A stretch of DNA of 64,000 nucleotides from NCBI RefSeq assembly GCF_009914755.1, contig NC_060935.1; one strand, 5' to 3'. This document shows positions 14,561 to 28,769 of the stretch, one piece after another. The stretch's first letter is position 1, and each line of letters starts with the position of its first letter. A program made the translations under genes and the position numbers. Source of the stretch: the human T2T-CHM13v2.0 reference genome, Homo sapiens. The notes beneath the pieces are model-generated. The model ran no database searches and was not told the DNA's origin. It saw only the letters and a program-made list of their open reading frames with translations.

Positions 14561-15008
14561 AAAGAGGAGAAACCCAACAGACCCCACCTGACTAGGTGGT
14601 CGGTGTGACCTCCACAATGAGTACCAGGCGAATGGTCCCCATGTATCCCCGTGAAGGTGTGATGCTGACAGCACAGCATCCTTTCTAAGGCATTCCTGCC
14701 AAATGCATATGCTGGATCCCATCACGAGCAAACACTGAGCAAACCCAACAAAATGACCGCCCCAAAATCTTCAAAACAGTCACAGCCATAGGAATTAAGG
14801 GAAGCCCGAGGGAGTCTCCCAGATGGAAAGGCTCCAGGCAGGTCCCAGGCTGGATCCTCTTCTATCAGGGATGTTACTGGGACACCGTCACCACTCAAAT
14901 GTGCTCTCCGCGTGGAGGGCATATGGGAGTTCCTTGTACTATTCTTGCAACTATTCTATAAGCTGGAAATGGAAACAGTAATTTACAATTTTAAAAAGAA
15001 AGTTAATA

Positions 15009-15546
<538 letters not shown>

Positions 15547-16482
15547 TTAAAAGAAGGAATTCATCCTCCCACAAGAGAAGCAACACTAACCTCCTTTTCT
15601 TATTTTGAAAAGGGTGTCTGGTCTCTGGCTGTTGAGACAGCTGAGAGGGTGATAGGAGGGTGGAGAGTAATGGGATGAAAGGCAAAACACTGCCCTTGAC
15701 ACCTGCACCCCGTACCCACTCTCCTGAGGTGCTTTTTGGAAAATGCATGTGTGGGAGGCTCCACCCATGTCTGCTGCCTCTGAATCTCCTGCTGAGGCCT
15801 GGGCAGGGGCACCTGGAGATGGCTCCCCTCGAGACTGTTTGCCCCAGCGATGCCTAGCGTCCCACCCGCCCTGTGCAACCACAAGACTTGGTGTGAATTA
15901 GAAAAAAGGGTGCTCCTTCCTTCAAGCCATTTAACGCCACCTGCTGGACACTGGTGATACATCTACAGGACCTAAAACTATGGCAAGAGGAACGGCGCCA
16001 CCTGGGGTTGTGCAATGCCCAGCACAGCAACCAGAGCAGCGGGGAGGTCACTGCACTGCAGGGGAGCAGCACAGGTCGGCTGAGACGAACCCCCTATCAC
16101 TTCTGCTTGGCTCTGTGCCCCAAACAAAATTGTTCCCAACCACACTTAGGCATTTCTCCCAAAACATATGCCTTGTGACATGAGGTAGAGACACCACAGC
16201 CCACACAACAAAGAGTCACATCATTTCAGCTCTCACTGGGTCAGGAAGTGGGCTGCCCGTCAGTAGAGAAACAACGTCTCGTCCAAACACAAGCAAATCC
16301 CCCTCGCATGGCCTGAGCCACCAGCTGCTCCGTGGCCCCGCATACCACGGTTTTCAAAGGCTGGCTGTGGTCTTCCTGCTGGCCCAGTAGTCAAGGAGGC
16401 CAATGCACCTGAATGAATGCAGGAACACGGGCAGCGGACGGGCTGTGATGCAAACCAGAAAGTGGCTAGTTCAGTTTTGTTG

Positions 16483-16856
16483 GTGTTGCGGGCTGAATTG
16501 CATCCCTGCAGCATTCATGCGTTGGAGTCCCCACCCCCAGTACCTCCGCATGGGGCTGTATGTGAAGAGGGTCTTTCGAGAGGTGATTAAGTTAAAATGA
16601 GGCCATTAGGGGGCCCCTAATCCCATCTGGCCTGGCTGGTATCCTTATAAGAAGAGGAGCTGGGGACACAGACACACAGAGGGACGACCCTGTGAAGATG
16701 CAGAGAAAAGGCGGTGTCTGCAAGCCAAGGAGAGAGGACTCAGGAGGAACCAGCCCTGCGACGCCTTCGTTTGGGACTCCAGCCTCCAGAACTGTGAGAT
16801 AATGAATGTCTATTGTTTGAGGAACTTTGCAGTGGCAGCCCTATGCAGCAAACACA
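16483..16856 (+). mobile_element. MLT1-type MaLR LTR
   Basis: TGTTGCGGGCTGAATTG...GTGATTAAGTTAAAATGAGG...CAGCCTCCAGAACTGTGAGA. Confidence 0.85.
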
Positions 16857-17810
16857 ATCACTTTGGGTCTACTAATGTGTGCTGTTCAGCCTGAAATGAT
16901 CACAGACAAAAGACATCATGCTATAATTCCAAAAGGAGAGATGACTGGCATTCCCACATAAAGCTGCGGCCCTTGCCCACCTTCCCCATGGAGCCCATCA
17001 CTCTCATAACATGATTTTTGGAAAGATGAGGTCTCTTAAAGATGTCACCTATGTCAGGAGGGCAGGATAGAGGACCTGCCAAAGTGCAGAGGGTGGGGTG
17101 CTGGTCTCGGGGTCTTCACCCATCCCCTCTCCTGTTCCCCGCATGTCCCTGAAGAGTCAGGGCTGACTGGGAAGGCAGGTACTCAAGGGTCCTCATTCCC
17201 TCTGGAGGCTGAGAGAGAGAGGATGCCTCTCTTCCTTCTCCAAACAGAACCTTGCCAGGCCAGAGGGGCTCAGAATATGGAACTGACCTCCCAGGTCAAT
17301 TCAGAGCTGATCCCCTGAAAGCACAGCTCACTGTTGCGGCTCCAGACACGGGGGCCACAGAGGCTCGGCCGCTCGTGCCCAGGGGCAGACCCTGAGCCCC
17401 AGGTCCAGAGTGACACGGGGAAGGGCTCCCGTGCTCTGGTCCTGCCACCTGGCAGGGACCCCACACTCTCACACCCTGGAGGTGCTCATCTGGAAAGGTG
17501 CAGTACCTGCCAGCACCCACGTCCCACAGTGAGGCTCGGTCCCAGTTCCAAGGCTGCCAAGCACATGCCAGCACAAAGGGCCAGAACCCTGTTCACAATG
17601 TCCCCCCGGAGCCAATGCATGCCAGCTGCCCAGATCTGAGGGTCACCTGCCAGCACCACAGCCTGGTTCCAACACTGCTCCCACGTCCCCTGGCCAGAAT
17701 GAGCCACTCCTGGCTGGCACTGTGGAGCTCCTGGGCTCTCCACCTGGCTGCTGTTCACGCTGGCCCTTCCTGTGCTACCTGGCATTGTGCTTACTGTGAC
17801 CAAGCCCAGG

Positions 17811-17950
17811 CTTGGACACCGCGGTCACTGCGGTGCCTGAACAGTGGTCATCTCAGTGCCTAGGCAATGGTCATCTTGGGGCCTGGACACAGCAATCACC
17901 TCGATACCTAGATGGACAGTGATCGCCTCAGCACCTGGACACGGTGGGTA
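17811..17950. repeat. Diverged tandem repeat of about 24 bp (CCTGGACA(CA)GTGGTCACCTCAGTG-like), about 6 copies
   Basis: Recurrent CCTRGAC...GGTCA/GATC...CTC...G motif. Confidence 0.55.
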
Positions 17951-18484
17951 CCACAGTACACTAGAAAAACCTCAATCTGAAGGAAGACCACAACCCATGT
18001 GGCTCCATCCCATTCTAAATGCTAACTTTCCAGTCAAGCATTGACTCCCATCTCTACCAGGCAGCTCACGCTGGGCTGTACACAGTCCCACCCTGGCAGG
18101 AAGGTAACCAGAAAGCTTGGACCCAGAACGACATAACATGGGGCTCCAGCAAAGAACCTCCCACAGGCCTGGGAGGATCAGGGGCCTGTCCCCTCGCCGT
18201 GGGGCCCAGAGAGGCTCAAGAGCTGAGGGCATCCGGCCAGGGATGGGCAGGGGGCAGCCTGGAGCAGGAGGAGAGGAGAAGTCACTGTGGCCCGAAACTA
18301 TTTCTTTAAGGCGGACACTCTTCATTTAAATGCGATAAATAACAAATAGCAGCCAGTAACAACATTCAGACTGATGTCACACCCATTGCACAATGGGAGC
18401 AAAATCAAACGAGGGGCTGGGAGCAGGTGTGGTAGGCACTCTCTGAATACAACGGATTGTTTCTTAACGCCCGCCCCCCCCCCA

Positions 18485-18769
18485 ACCCTTCTGAAACAGG
18501 TTCTCACTCTGGTTGCCCAGGCTGGAGTACAGTGGCATAATCTTGGCTCACTGCAGCCTCCACCTCCAGGCTCAGGGGGTCCTCCCACCTCAGCCTCCAA
18601 AGTAGCTGGGATTACAGGAATGTGCCACCATGCCCTAATTTTTGTATTTTTGGTAGAGACAAGTTTTGCCATGTTGGCTGGGCTGGTTTTGAACTTCTAG
18701 GCTCAAGTGATCTGCCTGCCTCAGCCTCCCAAACTGCTGGGACTATAGTGTGAGCCCCTGTGCCCAGCC
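18485..18769 (-). mobile_element. Alu
   Basis: Alu reverse complement; tail replaced by a C-run on the + strand. Confidence 0.9.
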
Positions 18770-19441
18770 TAATGTATTATTTACTTCTAATGATGACGTC
18801 AGACGTGGCCACATGATGATGACAATGATGACAATGAGGATGATGATGGGGGGACAGATGATGACAATAATGATAGGGACATTTATTAAGCACCTGGTCT
18901 ATGCCGGGCACTGCAGAAAATGCCTCACGTAAATTCTGTCATAGCTGTCTCCAGAGCTCTACAAACTGTTACTCAGCCAACCTGAGAGATTAGCACACAA
19001 GCTCAGAGAGGGTGGGGCACTTGCTCAGGTGAGCCAGCGAGCGATGAGGTGGGTTTGCAACCCCAGGCTGCATAACACCCAGGCCAGAATATGGCCAACA
19101 GACAGCATGAGGAGAGTCCCTCATCCCGAAGATACTGAGTCAAACTCAGAGAGGGAGGGAGAGAGCCAGGCTTTGCCCCAAGGAAGGTACCGGGGTTCAG
19201 CACATGGAAACGCAGGGTCTGGATCCCTCACCAAGCGGCATCCTCTCCAGGACCACACCCCCTGTGGCCAGGGCCAGCGTGCTGTGAAGTTGCACGGTGG
19301 ATGTAAAAGTCTTTAGCAATTAAAAATACAGAATGAATACCCCCAAATCTGACCCCTGATGTCCTTGGGTTGTGGGAATGCATTGGGGTGTTTCTTAACT
19401 TGCTTCTTTATACTTCTTTGTATTTTCCAAGATTTCCATGA

Positions 19442-19800
<359 letters not shown>

Positions 19801-20474
19801 ACGAATAACAACTTTTAAGATAATTTGCAGACAGCCTGAGCTCAAATGGGGCTCTTCTAACATCAGCCTGTGGGGATGGGGCATATCCCCACTGTGTGAA
19901 GTGGAGGGTGGATCTGAAATGTGTCCTTAGGCCATGTGCACCTGGCCTGAGACAATGATGGGAAAGCAGCGGCCTGGGGAACCCTGGAGTACACCTGCAG
20001 CATCTGTGAGCAGGCCTGGCTGTGGCCGCGCAGGCTCTCCCACACGATGAACGCCCAGAACCCTGGGACAGGGCTGTCCATTCTCCAGGTGCTAGAACAG
20101 AGACACAGACTTTAAATGCAAAGCCCATCAGCCTGAGAGCTCGGAGGTGCTTCTCCCGAGAGGGCAGAGCCAGGCACAGCCCAGTGAGGTCCAGGAAAAC
20201 CCACCTGCCCCTGTAATTTCTTCTGCCACAAATGTGCTGTGAGTGGTTTGGATGTGAGAACCCTACAGGCAGCATAGAGAACCAGGCTTCTGGTAAGAGA
20301 CAGGCCAGGAGTGAATCCAGCTCAGCCAACTGCTTGCTCCGTGGCCTTGGGCAAGTTACCTGCCCTCTCTGGGCCTGTGAACTCATATGGGAAACAGCAA
20401 TGAGAAGTAACCAGCTCTGAGGATATAGAATCATAGTGCAATTAAAGCAGCTCAGGACAATGAATGCCCCCAAA

Positions 20475-20602
20475 TTGCTACGGGTCCTATACACATTTGA
20501 CCATTTTTACAAAGACAAGCCTCTGTCATGTGCCTGGGTTTGCTACGGGTCCTATACACATTTGACCATTTTTACAAAGACAAGCCTCTGTCATGTGCCT
20601 GG
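20475..20602. repeat. Tandem duplication, 2 x 65 bp
   Basis: TTGCTACGGGTCCTATACACATTTGACC...TGTGCCTGG occurs twice, identical. Confidence 0.95.
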
Positions 20603-20705
20603 AAGGGTTTGTTCATTAAAGGAAATCTGAAATTAAATGTTCCTCTTCCAGGAGCACTCCTGTTTTAATGATATCAGTGACAGCTCTCAAAATCAGTAGA
20701 CTTTA

Positions 20706-20987
20706 GGCTAGGCATGGTGGCTCACTCCTGTAATCCCAGCACTTTGGGAGGTTGAGGAGGGCAGATCACTTGAGGTCAGGAGTTCGAGACAAGCCTAGCC
20801 AACATGTTGAAACCCTGTCTCTACTAAAAATACAAAATTAGCTGGGCGTGGTGGCACACGCCTCTAATCCCAGGTACTTGGGAGGCTGAGGCAAGAGAAT
20901 TGCTTGAACTCAGGAGGCGGAGGTTGCAATCAGCCAAGATTGCCCCACTTCACCCCAGCCTGGGCAACAGAGCAAGACTCCATCTTA
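20706..20987 (+). mobile_element. AluS
   Basis: Full Alu body. Confidence 0.93.
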
Positions 20988-21952
20988 AATATATATATAT
21001 ATATAATATATATGTTATATAATATATAATATATATGTTATATTATATATGCTATATATTATATTATATAAAATATATAACATATTATATTATATAAAAT
21101 ATATATTATATAATATATTATATAATATATATATATTAAATATATATTATATTATATATTAAATATATATAATATATTATGTTATATATTATATTATATA
21201 TGTTATAATATATAATATAATATATAACATATTATATGTTATATATATTATATTATATTATATAAAATATAATATATTATATAATATATTATGTTATATA
21301 ATATATATTATATTTATATTATATAATATATTATACAACATAATATATTATGTTATATAATATATTATATATTATATAACATAATATATAATATAATATA
21401 TATTATATAACATAATATATTGTTATATATTATATGTTATATATTATATTATGTTATATATTATTATATATAACATATTATATGTTATATATATTATATA
21501 ATATGTTATATAATATATTATATAATATATTATGTTATATAATATATTATATAATATATTATGTTATATAATATATTAAATTATATATTATGTTATATAA
21601 TATATTAAATTATATAATATATTATGTTATATATGTTATATATTATATATGTTATATTATATATGTTATATATGTTATATAAGATGTTATATAAGATATA
21701 GTATATGTTATATTATATATGTTATATAAGATATAGTATATGTTATATTATATATGATATACATTTATAATATATGATATATGATATATTATTTATAATA
21801 TATAATACATATTATATATTTATAATTTATATATTATATTATATATAATTATGTAATATATAATTTGTTATATAATTATGTAATACATAATTTATTATAT
21901 ATAATATATAATATAAATATATATAAATATATTATATATAATAATATATATA
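20988..21952. repeat. Interrupted (TA)n AT-rich tract of about 965 bp
   Basis: Direct reading; almost entirely A/T. Confidence 0.97.
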
Positions 21953-22085
21953 TCATTAGACTTGGAGTTAAGCAGATGATTCTCCATAATATTGAGTGGG
22001 CCCCATCCAATCAGTTGAAGGCCTTAAGACTGAGGTCCCCTGAGAAGGATGAGATCCTGCTAGAGATGGACTTGAGACCCGCACT
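21953..22085 (+). mobile_element. MLT2 (ERVL) LTR fragment
   Basis: CTCCATAAT...GGGCCCCATCCAATCAGTTGAAGGCCTTAAGACTGAGG. Confidence 0.7.
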
Positions 22086-23012
22086 GTGGCATTTACTGGG
22101 CCACTTGGCAGGGTAAATGTGAGCACTTATGAGGATGATCTGGGAGGCAGGCGGCACTGTCCGCTGCTCCTGCAGGCCCGTGCAGGGCACCCGCACCCAT
22201 CCCTTATCTGCTCCGTCCCTTATCATCTGATAGGCACAAGGGCCCTGCAGATGAATGAGAGGAGGCTCGCGAAGGCAAAGTTGCTTCACATTATCACTGA
22301 GAATCTTTAGCAGGGGAGAAAATGGCTTTCCGGGCCTTTCATGAACAGGCAGCAGACCACCAGAGGGCAGTGAACGCACCTGGCTGGCTTTCCAAACCCT
22401 GCTCCACATTTTCTAAGCTGAGGTGGGAGCAGGTGCACTGCCCCAGAGCTCAAGCCTCCAAGGTACCAGTGCAGCTGCACAGGCTCAGGCCCCGGGACCA
22501 AGGTGGCCGGGTGGCTCTGGGACAGCCAGGCTCTGAATGCAAAGCGCAGGGCCTCAGGGACAGAACCTGGCCCTTTGCAGGCCAGGAGTCACAGCTGAGA
22601 GCTGCAGTGAGTGACTGATGGTCAGGGCTCCTGCCAGCCTCCACCGTTACCTCCATCCCAGGGCCAGCTGGAGAGATGGGCCCGGAGACATTTGCCTGGT
22701 TGGGAGAGAGGGCAGGAAAAAGGAAAAAGGAGGGGTGTGGGAGGGGAAAGGACGGAGCTCCAGGAATCCCCAAAGTTGAGACACAGGGGCTATTCTGGCA
22801 AAAGGGCTGGCGGCTGGATTCAGGACTCTGTGAACTACTCCACGTTTAAGGAGGTTTTAGCCTGCATCACACCTTCAGAGCTCAACAGGAAAACAGCAAT
22901 GCAACCAGAGCACTGTGATGTCTAAAGGGAAGACATGTCTGGAAAACACAAATTCAAGCAGGCATTCTCACAGAGAACAAGCGAGCTTCGGGTCCCATAC
23001 GCATTTAGCTGG

Positions 23013-23384
<372 letters not shown>

Positions 23385-23449
23385 TGAATTTAAACCTTCC
23401 TCTTCCTTGGGCGCTCCTGTCTTCATGAAGTCAGTGACTGCTCTCAAAA

Positions 23450-23760
23450 CCAGTAGACTAAATTGATGATTCTCCATAATGTGGGTGGGCCCCATCCAAT
23501 CAGTTGGAGGCCTCAAGAGAAAAAAGACTGAGGTCCCCTGAGGAGGAAGAGATTCTGCCAGAGACAAACAGGATCCCCGCAGCGGCATCAACTCTTCCTG
23601 GGTCTCCAGCCTGCCCTGCAGATTTTGGACTTGCAGCTCCACCACTGCATGAGCCAATTCTTCAAAATACTATTTTAAAAAATTCTGTATCTGTACACAC
23701 ACACACATGCATGCATGTGCACACCCTATTGGTTCTGTTTTTCTGGAGAACTCATCACAC
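23450..23760 (+). mobile_element. MLT2 LTR fragment
   Basis: CTCCATAATGTGGGTGGGCCCCATCCAATCAG...CCTATTGGTTCTGTTTTTCTGGAGAAC. Confidence 0.8.
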
Positions 23761-24059
23761 CTGAACACACAAACAACATTGAGTGGTTTCTATGGTGTCA
23801 TCCAGCGACATCAAATGACAGTTCTGTTCACGTGAATCACCGACTTTGAGTTGACTGAGAACAAGACTCATTATCTATTTGGCCAGGCGGGAGGGACGTC
23901 CCCAACGTCCATGTCTCTTAGAGACTCACAACTCAGCCTTGTCCCCTGGGGCCGGCAGCTGTTCGGTGGAGACCCTGTGAGACTCGAGAAAGATGTGGGT
24001 GTTCAGGGTTCCATGACTCCCGCCCCTCGCCCAGCCATGTTTGCTGGTAGAAATGTCTC

Positions 24060-24442
24060 GTGGGTGACTGCACCACCCCACCAGGGGCCTCCCCTCATCC
24101 TGAACTTGACCTTGTGGGTGACTGCACCACCCCACCAGGGGCCGCCCCTCATCCTGAACTTGACCTTGTGGGTGACTGCACCACCCCACCAGGGGCTGCC
24201 CCTCGTCCTGAACTTGACCTTGTGGGTGACTGCACCACCCCACCAGAGGCCTCCCCTCGTCCTGAACTTGACCTTGTGGGTGACTGCACCACCCCACCAG
24301 AGGCCTCCCCTCGTCCTGAACTTGACCTTGTGGGTGACTGCACCACCCCACCAGGGGCCTCCCCTCATCCTGAACTTGACCTTGTGGGTGACTGCACCAC
24401 CCCACCAGGGGCCGCCCCTCGTCCTGAACTTGACCTTGACCT
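24060..24442. repeat. 54-bp minisatellite, 7 copies
   Basis: Unit GTGGGTGACTGCACCACCCCACCAGGGGCCTCCCCTCATCCTGAACTTGACCTT starting at 24060, 24114, 24168, 24222, 24276, 24330 and 24384. Confidence 0.97.
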
Positions 24443-25419
24443 CAAATCAGCCTAGTGAGTTTTAAAAACCAAGCTCATTAGCGCTTTGGCAGTCCCAAGA
24501 ACTGCCCTTTTCCAAGCAGGTCACCTTGGAAGCTTGGGACAGCTCCCAACACAGCTGAGATTCTCCTTCGGGAGCTGCCTCTTCCACATCCTCAACAGGA
24601 GCCGAAGCTCACGCCATGCAGACGGGCTTGGCCTCAAAAACACCAGCACAGAGCTGACAGCCAAGCGCAGCAAGGAGAGGAGACGGGCAGAGGAACGGGG
24701 CCATGTCTCAGGGCGTGAGCGTCTGCATGGCCACTGCATGAGCACCAGTGCCCAGAAACACAGAACACTGTCAGGCCTGCTCAGAAGCATGTCCACGCAC
24801 ATGTGGACCTGTATGTACAAGCGTGCGTGCGAGTGTGTGTGTGTGTGTAATTTATGTTCGTCTTTCTATCTCATGTCTGGTTTCCCCCCACAGGAACACC
24901 AGGGGCTTGCATCAGGCATTTCTGTTCACTGCTGCAGGCTGTGTATTCAGGACACCGAGACACATGGCTGGGGCTCACACCCAGTAGACGACGTTTGTGG
25001 CTGATGAGCACCCATTAGCAGTGGGTGGGGTCTGTGGTGCACCCGGAATGGCTGGAAGTGGGTCAGGCGTGAAGAGGCGAGCGTGGTCAGGCCAGGAGAC
25101 CTCTTGGGGACCCCCTGAAACAGCTCAGACACAAATGAGGAGGGGGCCAGGGAATGAGCGTGGCCAGGGCCAGATGCTGTGGAGAGGCTCAGAAGGGCCA
25201 GGCCTGACACTGACACACAGCCGAGGGATGGCAGGGCCATCTGGGGCTGGAACCGTTGGTTGACAAAGGGGGAAGAGGTCAAGGGGAGGAAGGAGGAGGG
25301 AACAAGGACAGAAACACTGGCGAGTTTCCACCAGGGACAAAGCGAGGGCAGGGCAGGAGACTGAGGAGGGGAAGCAGCTCCCCCAACCCAAAAATCTCCG
25401 AGTGCTGTGCAAGAATTCA

Positions 25420-25553
25420 CCTGCTGCTTCCACATTCAGGATATATCAGTCAGGGTTCTACAGAGACACAGAACGTGTGTGTGTGTGTGTGTGTGTGTAT
25501 CCTGCTGCTTCTACATTCAGGGTGTATCAGCCAGGGTTCTCCAGAGAAACACA

Positions 25554-25593
<40 letters not shown>

Positions 25594-25645
25594 CCTGCTG
25601 CTTCTACATTCAGGGTGTATCAGCCAGGGTTCTCCAGAGAAACAC

Positions 25646-25676
<31 letters not shown>

Positions 25677-25728
25677 CCTGCTGCTTCTACATTCAGGGTG
25701 TATCAGCCAGGGCTCTCCAGAGAAACAC

Positions 25729-25766
<38 letters not shown>

Positions 25767-25818
25767 CTGCTGCTTCTACATTCAGGGTGTATCAGCCAGG
25801 GTTCTCCAGAGAAACACT

Positions 25819-25856
<38 letters not shown>

Positions 25857-25907
25857 TGCTGCTTCTACATTCAGGGTGTATCAGCCAGGGCTCTCCAGAG
25901 AAACACA

Positions 25908-25959
<52 letters not shown>

Positions 25960-26009
25960 TGCTGCTTCTACATTCAGGGTGTATCAGCCAGGGTTCTCCA
26001 GAGAAACAC

Positions 26010-26051
<42 letters not shown>

Positions 26052-26056
26052 TGTGT
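25420..26056. repeat. Compound minisatellite: constant unit of about 55 bp plus variable (TG)n, 7 copies
   Basis: CCTGCTGCTTCTACATTCAGGGTGTATCAGCCAGGGTTCTCCAGAGAAACACAACC(TG)n. Confidence 0.96.
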
Positions 26057-26483
26057 ACATAGATACATTTATATGTTATATATGTATATGCACGCAGAGA
26101 ATTTTTAAAAGTTTAGAGCTTAGACACATAAAATTAAAGATAGAAATATTTTAAAGAGTTGGCTCATGCAATCACGGAGGCTGTAAGTCTGAAATCTGCA
26201 GGGCAGGCTGGAGACCCAGGGCAGTGTTCAGCGGGAATCTGGAGTCTTTTTCTGGCAGAATTCCTTCTTTCTTGGGATCTCAGTCTTTTTCCTCTTAAGG
26301 CCTTCAACTCATTGGATGGGGCCCACCCACATCATGGAGGGTCATCGGCTTAACTCAAAGTCCACTGATTTAAATGTTAATCCCATCTTAAAAAACACCT
26401 TCTCAGCAACATCTAGAATATTGTTTGATCAAATATCTAGGAGCTAGAGCCTAGCCAAGTTGACACATAAAATTAATGATCAC
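25980..26483 (-). mobile_element. MLT2 (ERVL) LTR
   Basis: Minus strand begins TGTGATCATTAATTTTATGTGTCAACTTGGCTAGG and ends TTTCTCTGGAGAACCCTGGCTGATACA. Confidence 0.85.
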
Positions 26484-27811
26484 AGGGGAAAATTATTTTC
26501 CTTTTTCATAAAGAAAAGCACAATAATGACAAGAAATCTCATGGCGGGTGCATGGAAGAGGACTTCCAAAGACCAGTCATTACTGCTTCCCTGCCTGCGG
26601 GCTCCAGCTTGGGTGTGGGCCGGGGGCTGCCATGAACAGCCCCACAGACCCCTACTCATCCCTCGGGAGGAACAGGGGCTTCTCCAGGCTGCAGGGCCGA
26701 CGATGAACCAGAACTGACCTAGCACAAGAAAGCCCAGGGAGGGCGGGGCCTGCTGGCACCCCCACTGCCCAGTCTGACCACAGTGGGCAGAGTGCATAAC
26801 CTCCCTTACAGGTGTGTAAGGTGGTAATGGCAGAGGAGAACACAAGGTAGCCAGAGAAACCATGGCAGTCACTGTGTAGAGAACCAAGCAAGAAACCAGT
26901 CAGGGCCCTCTGTCCTTGACCTCCCCTTGCTGTTCCAGAGCCTCCTCTTGACCTCCTAGGTAGACAGGTGCTATCAGCTCTCCCAGACCCACCTCACCCC
27001 TCTGCCTGGAGACCCTGGCCTGCAGCCTGCACCACAGCACTCCCTCACTGTCCTCCAACTCTGGCAGGGCTCAGCCAAGAGAAGAGAGGCAGATATTCCT
27101 TCCCTGAGTCCTCCCTGACATGGGCCTGCGGGCCCCCTCCTCAGCCCTGGCTCTCCTGCTCCCGGGAGCATCATCTCCTCTCCCTGCCCATCAGCTCACA
27201 GGTGCTGATGGCTCCCCAAGACTGCTCTTCTATGGGGTCCTCAGCCTTTAACCCCGTCCACACCTCTACCTGATCAGGTAAAGACTTTTCACTGGAGACA
27301 GCCGGTGAAATCTGTTTCTTGCCAAGACCAGGCTGACCTACCTCCTAACCCAACTGTTGCAAGGTTGGGCCTGAAAAACACGCCCCTCGTGCGTGCAAAT
27401 CAGGACTTCCTGGGGCTCACCTGTGCTCAGAAAACACCGGTGCTTTCTGGTATCCTGCCCTGTCAGGACGGTGGGAACTTGGAGAGGGCAGGGCTCCTGG
27501 GAAGGGGGCGTCCACCCCATAACTGCAGGGCACTCCTGCTGTGCAGAAACTCAGCAGCCTTGCCTCATCTTCCAGTTTCTCCAGAGAAGTCAGAAATGTC
27601 TATTTCTATGCAAATGTGTCTGTTTTCAAATACTGACGTTCACATTTTAAAATCATTTTTAATTCACATATTTTCAGGAACTCTGGGCAGGCCAAACAAA
27701 ATACCTGAAGGCAGGATCTAACCTTTGGGCCACCCTGCTTATCTGCGGGATCGGAGGAGAAGGGGAAGTCAGTTCGTGGGTACAACAGAGTGGAGAAGCG
27801 GGCCCACGTAC

Positions 27812-27979
27812 CTGGTGGATCTCGTGCCAGCCGTTCTCATCTTTGCAGCACACAGTGGCGTGTTCGTGCAGGAGAAGCTCGCAGCAGTAGGGATCACCTC
27901 CGACGATGGCTGTGTGATACAGCGGGGTGAGGCCGTAACTGTCTTTATAATCTGGGGATGCACCAAGCTCTAAAAGGGT
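27812..27979 (-). CDS. SHANK2: SHANK2 coding exon (168 nt, phase 0-0), ankyrin repeats: TLLELGASPDYKDSYGLTPLYHTAIVGGDPYCCELLLHEHATVCCKDENGWHEIHQ
   Basis: Acceptor T9CCTAG|ACC, donor CAG|GTACGT; read manually; ankyrin GLTPLYH motif. Confidence 0.96.
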
Positions 27980-28148
27980 CTAGGAAAAAAAAATTGAAAG
28001 CCGTCGTTATTGGTCTCATGACCCCTTTTGCAGAGTGAGGTGATCCAGAAAGCAGCACCAGGACCACCCTCCCCCAGGTCAAGGCAACCCACACCCTGAG
28101 TACCCAGTGCTTCTCCTGGGCTCCCCAGAATTAAGAAGGGTATAACCT

Positions 28149-28441
<293 letters not shown>

Positions 28442-28769
28442 GGGGGGGGGGGGGCAGGTATAACTTTAGACAACTACATTTCTAGTTCTGAAATAGCAAA
28501 CAGTGCCCAGAAATGCAGGGCAGGCTGACATTTGGGAGACGAGGAGACCTGCAGCACTCAGACCCTTCCTCGGCCTGGTCAACATTTTGTGCCAGTGGTG
28601 TGGCATGGGCAGCAATACAGTGACTGCAACATTTGCGGAAGAGAGAAAAGGTGCATGGTTTAACCTACATGCCCAGTGGAAAACCACCTCATTCCGCACG
28701 CTGAGGGTGGCGAACCTAGCAAGCATCGCGTCTTCAAGAATGCTCCTGATTTCCGAGGAAGCCAACGGG

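Larger units (their letters stand above)
13360..15000 (+). mobile_element. Old L1M (L1MC/MD-like) 3' region interrupted by a MER41 LTR
   Basis: Ends in ATATGGGAGTTCCTTGTACTATTCTTGCAACT, typical of an L1M 3' UTR; highly diverged. Confidence 0.55.

Noticed and set aside
23851-26154. 200-270 aa repetitive ORFs (WVTAPPHQ..., CVCVCV...), also at 32917-33806
   Set aside because: Minisatellite and microsatellite artefacts.
27725-27973. Plus-strand ORFs antisense to SHANK2 exons (also at 10715, 45323, 48687 and 54115)
   Set aside because: Shadow ORFs of coding exons; no independent evidence.
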